DNA of 64,000 nt, taken from the NCBI GenBank assembly GCA_002811645.1, contig PDIP01000073.1, forward strand, positions 105,524 to 169,523. Reading direction: 5' to 3'. Below are positions 54,765-64,000 of the stretch, piece after piece. Position numbers and translations under genes: made by a program. Position 1 is the first letter of the stretch. Each line of letters begins with the position of its first letter. Under the pieces are notes generated by a model, which ran no database searches, had not been told where the DNA came from, and was given only the letters and a program-made list of their open reading frames with translations. Origin of the DNA: Corallochytrium limacisporum Hawaii. Lineage: Eukaryota; Protista; Pluriformea.

Positions 54765-57323
54765 TCATCCATATAATTCGGACGACTGCACATTCAACAA
54801 TTCACCTTCTAGTTCCATAAGACGTCGTTCTAGACCGATATTCACAGCAACTAGGCCGGAGATCCTATCTTGAAGACTTCCGATTTCCGCTTGAGACTTA
54901 CCAACAGTCTCTTTGAGCAAGTCATTTGCAATTTGCACAGCCCTGTCAGTTTCCGTGATGCGATCCCGATATTCTGCAATCACTTTCTTTTGACTCACAT
55001 ACTTCGCTCGACATGAATCCAGTTGGCTACGCAAGTCCACAATCTCTTGATGGATAGTTTGTTGTTCGAGATCTCTCGGGAGACCAACAAGAAGGCTCTG
55101 TCCTTGTCCAGACGATGAAATAGAGGCGATTTCTTGGTTGTACTTCCTTGCTGCAAAGAGCTCATCATTCTTCTTGGTCAGCGCACCACACTGCTGCCTG
55201 AATGTTTCAGATTCTTCTAATGCCTTCTGCAACTTCATATCCAATTCGGCAATACGAATTTGCAAATGATGAATCTTGCTTGATCTTTTTGCATTTTCCT
55301 GCTTTAGACCAGCATTCTCACTTCTCAAATTCTCTAGGGCGGTCATGAGTATTTCCTGCTTCTGGTCGCACAGCCGTCTCACCTCTTCTGTTTCCAACCT
55401 TTGGGCCTTCAATGACTCACTAAGGGTAGCGAGCTCAGAATCCTTTAGTTGCCACAGGTCGTCCAGGTAGGACACCTTGGCATCAAACTCTCGGGCGTCA
55501 GCCAGAGCAACTTGACAGGTATCTAATTGTTCCCTCGTCCGCGCATGGAATACCTGTTCCAAAAGAAGGCGATTCTGTAGCAAGAGAATGCAGTGCTTCA
55601 GTGTCTTCTCATCCCTTAAAGTGGCGAGACTGTATGGATTGGCCATTGCTGGATTAATAACCCTGGCCAGATGGGATTGCGGGGCAAAGGACTCGATCAA
55701 GCAACTCTCATGATGGTGAATTGTATCGATAATGCTGTCATTCAATCGGCCTTCAGCAGAAAAGAGGTTGCACAACATATTCCCATGGTCTCCATCACCA
55801 CGGCTTGGAAGGGTGACCAGGTCCGATGGCTCTGGCTCTCCAATGAATGATTCACCGCCACCGTGGAGAGATGGAGACTTGGCCAGCATGCTAAACAGAT
55901 CACTGTCATCAACTACTGCGTGTTTGGCACTCGTTGTATCGTCCGACACTGTTTGTTGGCGACGCCGGTCCACCGTGGACGCACGTGGCAGAACGGGTAG
56001 CTTGATTACCTTGAAAGGGTCGAATGAGGGAGCCTTTGGGGTTTTCCGCAAGAGGTTTTGATGGAATTGGAATGAATTCGTTCGTTCTTCAATGCTAGTG
56101 CGCAGGTGTTGCAGTACAACCCCTGTGTCATCAGGCACACAGTCCGTCAGGGCGGGTCCTCCAGTTTCTGTCCCAAAGACCTCTGCGCGCAGAAAAGCAA
56201 TCAGTTCCAATGGGAACAAGATGTACAGCTGTGCAAAGTACATGGTAAGGCTATGCGAATAGGATTGTAGAATTGTGGACAGAGTTGTGTTTGCCTTTGC
56301 CTCGCCTTTCATATCTTCTGCGGGTGCTTTAGCGGCGGCTTTGCGTGCTTTCGCGTTGGTCGTTATCGAGCCGGCAGCACCGATGACTTGCCAGGATGAG
56401 TCCTGATTTCCAACAGATGATCCACTGCCCGTGACAGTGATGGGTGTCCCAGTTGTGTCACCGCTTTGGTAGTGTCCCTCAAATGCCAGTTTTTGGCACC
56501 TTATTTCCCAACAAAGGTTCCGCAGCAGCACAGTAAAGAGCAGGTCAGTCTGGCGATACAAGAGCTTCACGACTGTTGGGACAACGAGTGATAGACAATT
56601 CAATGCCCCAGTGATGGTGGTGAGATCCCGATCAAATTTTGCACTCTTGCACACAGCACTCAAAAGATTGAAGTCCATGACTTGACCAACCTCCTCTGTA
56701 TATGCTTTACGAGAAGTCTCGTGCAACAGCATCTCGTAGCACAGTGACAACGCCAACAGGCGGGTCTTCGGATCGGCGACGAAGTCAGCCAGCCTCTGCA
56801 GCCCCCATGGACTTGGTGCGACGGTGGCAAAGAACTTCGTAAGGCTTTGGCAGTCGCCAAACGGATCTTGTTGAAACTCAGTCACACGCTGAGGCGGTAT
56901 TCCCAGATTCTTTAGAGTGGATCCGGTTTGCAGGCATAGCTCGACCATGGTGGTCGAATAGACCCTGGATTTTCCGGCCAAAATTCGCAGGACCTCACCA
57001 GCCAAGCATTTCAATTCATTATTTCCAGGATATTCCGCTGCACTGATAAGAAATACTAAAAGTATGGTGAAATCTCGACTCCAAGGTGTTTCTTCGACAA
57101 ACACTTTGACAATGCGCAACAGGCTTGCATATTTGCTAGGATTTCCGTCCACAGCATCCCGATAGGTAAAGTTAAACTTAGGAAGAACGGCATCGCGAAG
57201 TGAAATTAAAGCCTCTGGACTCAACTCACTCAGTTGCACAGCAACTTCTGGTGTAATGACATAGTCATTGCGCAACTGTGTTAGCACTAAGCGCTCTATT
57301 CGCCCGAGATCGTCATTATCCAT
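54765..57323 (-). CDS. TSC1: Hamartin (TSC1)-like protein
   Basis: FAQLYILFPLELIAFLR resembles FHRLYGMYPCNFVSFLR, ILLLQNRLLLEQ resembles LLLLHNQLLYER, and there is a long C-terminal coiled coil. First in-frame ATG is at 57323. Confidence 0.75.
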   Translation of the reverse strand: MDNDDLGRIERLVLTQLRNDYVITPEVAVQLSELSPEALISLRDAVLPKFNFTYRDAVDGNPSKYASLLRIVKVFVEETPWSRDFTILLVFLISAAEYPGNNELKCLAGEVLRILAGKSRVYSTTMVELCLQTGSTLKNLGIPPQRVTEFQQDPFGDCQSLTKFFATVAPSPWGLQRLADFVADPKTRLLALSLCYEMLLHETSRKAYTEEVGQVMDFNLLSAVCKSAKFDRDLTTITGALNCLSLVVPTVVKLLYRQTDLLFTVLLRNLCWEIRCQKLAFEGHYQSGDTTGTPITVTGSGSSVGNQDSSWQVIGAAGSITTNAKARKAAAKAPAEDMKGEAKANTTLSTILQSYSHSLTMYFAQLYILFPLELIAFLRAEVFGTETGGPALTDCVPDDTGVVLQHLRTSIEERTNSFQFHQNLLRKTPKAPSFDPFKVIKLPVLPRASTVDRRRQQTVSDDTTSAKHAVVDDSDLFSMLAKSPSLHGGGESFIGEPEPSDLVTLPSRGDGDHGNMLCNLFSAEGRLNDSIIDTIHHHESCLIESFAPQSHLARVINPAMANPYSLATLRDEKTLKHCILLLQNRLLLEQVFHARTREQLDTCQVALADAREFDAKVSYLDDLWQLKDSELATLSESLKAQRLETEEVRRLCDQKQEILMTALENLRSENAGLKQENAKRSSKIHHLQIRIAELDMKLQKALEESETFRQQCGALTKKNDELFAARKYNQEIASISSSGQGQSLLVGLPRDLEQQTIHQEIVDLRSQLDSCRAKYVSQKKVIAEYRDRITETDRAVQIANDLLKETVGKSQAEIGSLQDRISGLVAVNIGLERRLMELEGELLNVQSSELYG

Positions 57324-57689
57324 AGTGTAGTTTTTCACATTGTCTCCTTGTGCACACGCTCATTCAGCTGTTGAATGATAACCAGTTGCTGCTTTCACTC
57401 TGCTGCAATGACACCTTTTATTACATACCTTTGTGTTCCTCGTGCATCAGCAAACCGTAAACTCCGAACCACTACCCGGTTCCTACGCGCTCCCCTTACC
57501 CACCCGACAGACGGATGTGACTTATGTCCGTTCTTGAGTGCGGTCGATTTCCAGTGCCTAATCAAGTATACAAAATTAATAAGAAATCAGCCAACAGGTG
57601 TACATTTCTTGATCATTAAACATTCCATATATAGATTGTTATTTTCATATAAAAATAATCATATTGATTGAGAAAGGATTCATTTGAAT

Positions 57690-60230
57690 TTGAAGTGTCG
57701 TCCGCTTCGGATACCCAACACTCATCCCATCCCTTGTCTTGGGTACCTTTGGCATATTGGCCGTTGTTCTGAGTGCCCACTGAGGAGCTGGAATCACGGA
57801 TGTACCGGGAGAGATCGTCATCCAGCAGGGCATGGTACTGTAATGTTTTAGTCTGCTGGGATCCACAGAGTAAATGTGTGACCATGTACAAGGTTTAACC
57901 CCCTGGATTCGGAAGGATCACCTCGGAACACAGGTGAAGTGGCGCCCCGTGCACACAGCACATCTACTAACCCACCCTGCCCACAAAACTGACCTTACAT
58001 GCCACAGTGCCATTCTTGACCGTCTGGACAGAGATCACTGCGGGCATTGTCAAATATGGAAAAAAATGGTGCAGAACAAAGCAGTTCACTGAGAGAAACT
58101 GTTGGACCTCCCTCCACACTGTATTTCCCCGCTGTACCGCACTCCTGTTCCCCTCATAAGCCCCCTCTTTTTTCCCTTCTTTAACCTGGGTGCGGATGAG
58201 TGGGGAAGTCATTGGCGCTTAACAAGAAACCACAGACAATTGGGAGGGCTTAGGGCAATTCGCTCAGTACAAATTGAATGGGGATTTTAGAGAGCAACAT
58301 ATTTGGCGGCGCAAGTAGAATGCACAATTCCTGCAGAAAGTCGCGGTGGTATGGGACAATGCATTCGCGACAGAGTTGATAACAACTGAAGGACCATACT
58401 CAACGAGCAACACGTGAGTGAGAGGTGTTTGGATCCCTCGGTGCATTGTGACTGCTGATCTATGGGCGCCATAATATCAAATATTGCATTGCATTTATAC
58501 CAAAGGGGTACGGGTTGCTGTGTGACCGAGGGATATATACCCCTTGGTCTAACAATTCCTTCGCATCCTCTTTCGGGTGAAGATGGGGTTGGCACCCAAC
58601 TGCAGCGCTGGCAAACACACTGCGAAATATACGAACGGGGAGATCTGGAATTGAATTTTAATTTGTTTGACATCTAATAAAAACAAAGACTACTACCAAT
58701 TTTCGACTTCGCCACCTGATGAACATGTTCACTCCTCCACACATCACACTGCACAGGGGATTGACTTCCGTCGCATATCGGGCTCAAAGGCTCGAAACTC
58801 ATCCTGGTTACAATGTGTTTAGTCATGTCTACTTTTTATGTTATGAATTTATGTTGCGAGAGAGCAAAAGTGTCGTGAATGCAGCTGACATGCCTATGAT
58901 GCAGTCGGTGCGCAGCCTTCCAATCGAGTTTGCACACAAGTTCTAGTCATATGGGGGGAACCTTTCCAGTTCAGCCTCCTATGTTATCAATACTGGTCAC
59001 CATCTGAAACCATCCCATGCCCGTCTGGAGAATTACACAAATTGTGTTGGGGACAGGGACGAAGTGCTCCCATTGTGCGCAGTATTAGTTTTGAAGCAGA
59101 CGGAAGTGAACAGTAGAGAGTGGCACTTAGCACGTCATACAATCTCAAGCGCACATGTTCTCATAGGGCATTGCACCCCTGGACTGAGAGACGGACCTGC
59201 GCTAATTGATGTCACACAGGGACACATTCTTGGTTCAACACTACTGACAGCTCTTGTTGTCACACTATGCACCACCGCAAAGAAGGGTCGCAAAGGAACA
59301 TCAAGGCAACACTCGGCACCTGCCGAAAAGGACCTCTGGAATAACATTACACCTTGTGATCACTCCCTGAAATAGCACAGAGCCGCAAGGTGAGATAGAA
59401 TACTGTACAATTCATCCTCGTGGTCGAAGTTATTGTAAGTGAAAGTTTGCTGCGATTCTATCCAAGCAAGCACAAGGGTCGGCGTCCAACCATTACAAGT
59501 CCAGGTTTCATTGTCTACATGTAGCGAATGCATTTACCCACAGGAGACTAAATACATAGAAAGTATGTACCTGTTCACGTACACAAGGAAATACAAATTC
59601 ACTTTGAGCACGGCTCAACCCGTCTTGGCCACTGAAGTCCTCATTCAACAAGCGAATCGTTGATTGCAGCACCATCTAGTTGTAGGGTACGTACCATGGG
59701 CGTTTGATATACTTTGCTCTGATTACAAACGATGGAGTTTGATAGATTTCGAGAGGAGCTGGCAAGATTTGCGATTTGCATTGCTCTTTCCTTTTTTTGG
59801 TGGGCAAAAAGGGCTGTCCTGTCACAATCTGCAGCTGTGAGCTCTATTGGTCAGATGGATCTATTTGTTCAGAGAGTTGATCCTGTAAATTGACTCGGAT
59901 CATTTTCTTATCACCGGACATCCTGCGATTATGAACAAAGGAGTACGAGACGCAGCTACAACCATAGTAGCAGAACGCTACCACTAAGAGAGGCACAGGC
60001 ACCACCAGTTCCCGCAGAGGAGAGTTTTGTTCGAGCCTCCGCTGTTTATTAGACGGGAGTGGGGACGGAAGCCGACAACAAAGAACACATAGATATATCA
60101 CTTCTCGGCATATTCCCATATTTAATCAAAGTCAGAAGGCATTTTCGTAGTCTGAATCCCCATAGTGAGAATACTGGAACAATAAGGGTTCGACGCCCTC
60201 TGCCTTGGGAGGAGGAAGGGCTGCCATCCG
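57690..60230 (-). pseudogene. Decayed Argonaute (L1-PAZ-L2-MID-PIWI remnants)
   Basis: Collinear minus-strand motifs: TLQLDGAA, ESQQTF (59458), YFRE/HKV*CYSRGPFRQV (59374), VPL, SQC (58451), KPSQLSVVSC (58251), KEGAYEGNRSAV (58170), LYMVTH...QYHALLDDD (57891-57814) and SVIPAP (57800-57783). The span of about 2.5 kb fits an Ago CDS. Confidence 0.75.
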
Positions 60231-61777
60231 AGACTGAGACTGTGGCTGTTCAATGGTAGAGAAGTGAAAGTAGAACCACGTATTCAACGTATCTCACAAA
60301 TTAATCGTTTATGGCATTGGTATTCACTGTGTGCACGCGTGGCATCAACCCTTAGAATGTGAACTGATGATAGAAGCCCGGCAATATCTCGAGAGAACGC
60401 ATCTAAATGACCTTGACCATATTCCTGGCTCAAGTGCGTAACACACTAACTGTAAGACCGGGCATGAGGTTGTCGTATAGCTTTTGAGTTCCATAATCGG
60501 GCTCTTTGGATTGCGTCGTCAGAGAATGGGTCACTCGGAGCGCCCCGGGGGGCGGGGGGTTACCAACAAAGTTTGCCCTCCACGTATTTGATTGAACAAG
60601 ACTGGGAACACTGGGACTGCCCCTTCCAATCAACCAGGTGCTGGAATTACGGAACATGAGGAGGCACGAATGACGACTATCGTTCGAGGGTTTGGTCTTT
60701 GCGTTTCGGTGGGCTATGTCCTGTTAACAAGTGATTGTGTGGGCGGTGTGTGTACATGGAGGTGGCAGACTTTGCTACTGAACGAGTGTGCTGAATGTAT
60801 GGCATACATATTGTCGTTTTATTGCACAGAACTAAAGAGGTGCACACTTTCACCCTCCCGCAACGATTGTGGATGCAAGTCGAGTCTTGACCGGAGGGGA
60901 AAGCACAAAACTGATTCCAGAAAACGGGGATTTAAAGACCAAGGGAGTGGTGACTCTCGCAAACTATTTATGGCGGAATTGTGGACCCAGTGCCCATGAA
61001 TGTGATAGAATGGCTAAGGAACTTCGATCATCTTTCCCCTGGGTGTGTGTTGGAGGGGGGAGGGGAGCGGACGCGGAGTGGGGGGATTTGAGTCGTGACC
61101 AAACTCGTGGTCCGTTAATCGAACTTTCATTTTCGATCCCGGTAGGAGAGAGGGCGGAACATCCCTCCCCTTCCTCCCCGCCTCCCTAACATACGCGCAT
61201 CTTTTTAGAAACATTAATGGTTCACTATGTATATGAATAGTACGGGAGAGAATATGGAGGACGTATAACGACGGCGAAGATGTGCGTCCAACCCATCGAT
61301 CGCTCAAGCCCATGCCAATTCGTCTTAGTTTCCCCCACCCTCGAAGGGGGACCTTGCAGGCCACAGGAACACGGGTCGATAGTACAGTGTTTAAGTCTAT
61401 GATACGGAATGTTGAGCGCGCGTTGAAATGAAAGTACTGTTGTAAGTGTTTTGTACGCAGGCTGTTCTATCTGATATCAAAATCATCAAACCACATCTCA
61501 TTTGCTATGGTTTATTCCCGCGCCTATTGAGTGTGGCATGGTTTGAGGGAGATCCCCTTTTCGTATTTGAATGGGTTTAGTTTTGAGCGAGGGTTCAATG
61601 CAGCGCCTTATTCGTATGGCACAATCAAGCTTACAACGTTGGTCCATTTGGCTACCCTTGTTTAATAGACCTCTTCACTCCATCTTTGAGGAGTACCTGA
61701 AAGAATACAGGCTCCACTTTTAGTTTTGTGACACGGTAGTTGGTGATCGTTTGTATAGGGGAGATAAACGCGACACA

Positions 61778-62821
61778 ATGTCTGTGAAGGCAATGATGAC
61801 TCGGATAAGCACCCGCTCTAGTACCGGGCCCATTGACACTGGATTCGGGTTGAGACAGTCGGCAAAGCTACCCTGGACGATCGATGGTCTGCATGCTTAC
61901 TACCAGAAGAGGGAGGAAGTACTCACCCTTCCTGAAGCATATCTGCTCCTCATCAGCAGAAGTGACTCCAGTGGGCAAATTATGGAGGACAAGCGCGGCC
62001 TATTCTTTGCTGTCCTGATGGAACTTGTGCTCGACGGTCACCTTGAGTATGGAATTTCTAGGGTTATGGTTGACGAAGCTAAGGCCAGAGCTCGGGAGAA
62101 CGAGGAAAAGATGCAGCTACAGGATGAATACGGTATGATGAGCAGAGATAGCGCAGCCAGTCAATCAACTAGGGGCAGTCTGGACACACAAGGAACTGTA
62201 TCTGAAGCCACAGATTGCGGATATACTCCGAAGGCAGTTGCCGAGCCATCTCTTCTGCAGTACCGCATCCGTGCCCTCCATAAGATCCCCACTGGTGTAG
62301 AGATCCTGGACGAGGCCGTAAATCACGTCGCGCGCCTCAAGAACCCTCACACGTTTGCTGGATGGGTGGACCATTTCTCCACTCGCGGTGATGGTATTGG
62401 GGTCCGTATCCGTGATCCTCATTACAAGACTGCCAGGTCTCTGCGCGAGAAACATATAATTACTCGCTACCAACGCACTATCACTAGGTCTCGTATCGAG
62501 TATGACGAGAGTGTCCGCGAATCTCTGGTTCAACAGATGTCCCTTCTGGTGCACGCTCCTGAGAAGATAGACTGTGCTGGTGATGATCGCATTCGCCTGG
62601 AGTTCTTGCTTTGCATTGCCAAGTACAATGACTTGTTGTATGTCGAACTGACTGGCAACGACAAGAAGGGTAAGGCTGCTTTTGATGCTAGTGTTGACAA
62701 TCTGGTTCAGAAACACGAGCTATGCCGCATCATGAACCACAGCTTGGAATATCTCAAGTTTACTCGCAAGAGTGAGCGGTTCTTGCCTGGGGCAGGACTG
62801 ATCCGAGAGTTTGCATGGTAA
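61778..62821 (+). CDS. GPP34/GOLPH3/Vps74-family protein, divergent
   Basis: LTLPEAYLLL...GLFFAVLMELVLDGHL and PTGVEILDEAVNHV parallel GOLPH3 LTLMEEVLLL...GLRGCMLIELALRGRL and PTGDVLLDEALKHV. ATG is at 61778. Confidence 0.75.
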   Translation: MSVKAMMTRISTRSSTGPIDTGFGLRQSAKLPWTIDGLHAYYQKREEVLTLPEAYLLLISRSDSSGQIMEDKRGLFFAVLMELVLDGHLEYGISRVMVDEAKARARENEEKMQLQDEYGMMSRDSAASQSTRGSLDTQGTVSEATDCGYTPKAVAEPSLLQYRIRALHKIPTGVEILDEAVNHVARLKNPHTFAGWVDHFSTRGDGIGVRIRDPHYKTARSLREKHIITRYQRTITRSRIEYDESVRESLVQQMSLLVHAPEKIDCAGDDRIRLEFLLCIAKYNDLLYVELTGNDKKGKAAFDASVDNLVQKHELCRIMNHSLEYLKFTRKSERFLPGAGLIREFAW

Positions 62822-63073
62822 CAACATCGCAATTGGCATCAAAAGTTTTAATCCTTTGTGATTTTCGTGTGATGATATATCGTTCACGCACCGCAATGGC
62901 ATGGGGAGATTTCTGCTGGCAAGAATAGTTACCCATGCAACAACTACACATTTTCATCTTTCCAACCTTAGTGTACATTATCTTGCCACAATTCTACGAA
63001 TACAGCATAACATACACTCATGAGCACCGGAAACCTTTGTTACGAGTTATGAACGAAAGCTAGTTGACTTTAA

Positions 63074-64000
63074 TTATGCCATGGAGATTCCTGCTGGGCC
63101 ATAGATATCGTCCGCCTCGACACTGCCCTTGACGCAACTGTTGTGCTTGCCATTTGAAAACGTCGGCGGGTTCGTGACAATGGCCTCTCCCGGCTTGGAA
63201 ATGGAAGTTCCATATTCATCCTCCTCATCTGCGCGATCGGGGAACATAGAGACCAACCACTGCTCCCTCGCATATTCTGTGGGCAGTGGTTTGATGCGAA
63301 TTCTCAGATACCTGATGGTGAAGTTGGGAAGGATACAGATGACAATGCAACAAAACAACGAGAACCAGAAGGAGGCCAGGGAGGCAGTCTCAGCGAACAC
63401 ACCGGCAGCCTCTGGGGCCAGACTGGGCAGTGCAGAGTAGACTGGAGCAAACACGTAAATGGCAATCACGGACAGGAAGATGCCCAAGGAAGTGATCCAG
63501 TTCCATGTGTATATCATGGAAGCATTCTGAAGATTCACTACAGTGGTGGTGATCGCACCATAAACAAATCCAATTGAAGCTACCCCAATATCAGACTCGT
63601 AGAATGCTCCAAAGGTTATGAAATAGATGACTGCACCCTGATAAATGCCATCGACCAGCGACAGCAAGAAGATACGATTGTTGTAGAACGCGTCCACCTG
63701 TCCTCCACGGTACAATTCAGGGTAGGCAATAAGGGTTTCACGCTGGACGTGTTGCTCGAAGATGCCCATAAATAGAGGAGGCAAGGCAGTGAGCACAGAA
63801 TTGTAAATAAGGATCCAGAGCTGATCGACGTTATACTGACCACTAAAACCATTGAAAAATTGGTAGTAAAACAGAACAAAGACCAAGACGACATTCTTGT
63901 AGAAGAAGAAAGACAGCATGCGTGCCAAGCGAGCATACGCCCAGGCACCATTGACCAGCAACAGTCCCTGTAGGTGTCGGAACTTGGCTATAGCAAAATC
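63074..64000 (-). CDS. P4-ATPase phospholipid flippase, C-terminal part (gene continues beyond the window)
   Basis: DFAIAKFRHL..LLLVNGAWAYARL, FFYKN, GFSGQ, TALPP...GIFEQ and YPELY. Confidence 0.93.
   Translation of the reverse strand, partial: DFAIAKFRHLQGLLLVNGAWAYARLARMLSFFFYKNVVLVFVLFYYQFFNGFSGQYNVDQLWILIYNSVLTALPPLFMGIFEQHVQRETLIAYPELYRGGQVDAFYNNRIFLLSLVDGIYQGAVIYFITFGAFYESDIGVASIGFVYGAITTTVVNLQNASMIYTWNWITSLGIFLSVIAIYVFAPVYSALPSLAPEAAGVFAETASLASFWFSLFCCIVICILPNFTIRYLRIRIKPLPTEYAREQWLVSMFPDRADEEDEYGTSISKPGEAIVTNPPTFSNGKHNSCVKGSVEADDIYGPAGISMA

Noticed and set aside
58020-58075. SANT/Myb-like WTEITAGIVKYGKKW on the plus strand
   Set aside because: An isolated motif lying antisense to the PIWI remnant.
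58719-59810. Three plus-strand ORFs in one frame, and a WD40-like reading (LRLYDV, SPDG) on the minus strand
   Set aside because: Better explained as antisense or alternative-frame shadows of the Argonaute relic, which gives many more ordered motifs.
496-63951. Numerous 60-250 aa ORFs overlapping real genes (for example 19618-20361, 44985-45725, 50447-50794)
   Set aside because: Antisense or alternative-frame shadows of the identified CDSs, with no family motifs.

Overview
Eukaryotic nuclear DNA from a compact, gene-dense genome that uses the standard code. About 18 protein genes read as single uninterrupted ORFs, two of them over 6 kb. They are Flower/CACFD1, MEMO1, MEA1, HEATR5, COX20, ASCC3, EMG1, BCAT, RRP6, cysteine synthase, anoctamin, two PP2C phosphatases, CHMP2, an F-box/WD40 protein, an ASM/PPN1-like phosphoesterase, kinesin-7, TSC1, a GPP34/GOLPH3-like protein and the 3' end of a P4-ATPase. 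Animal-like gene content, a fungal-type cysteine synthase and near-absent coding introns suggest an intron-poor unicellular holozoan such as Corallochytrium (inference only). The main result is that the apparently empty spacers hold broken genes. Reading across stops and frameshifts shows collinear motif series for an Argonaute (about 57.7-60.2 kb, minus), a GCP5-like gamma-tubulin ring subunit (about 29.6-33.0 kb, minus), PPP4R4/CFAP14 (about 53.0-54.7 kb, plus) and a DUF2237 gene with one in-frame TGA. Weaker traces suggest a protein kinase and a hAT transposase. The window looks like a gene graveyard recording loss of RNAi, gamma-TuRC and flagellum-linked functions, or else fractionation after duplication. 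All relic assignments are by-eye comparisons with remembered family motifs and need HMM/TBLASTN confirmation.
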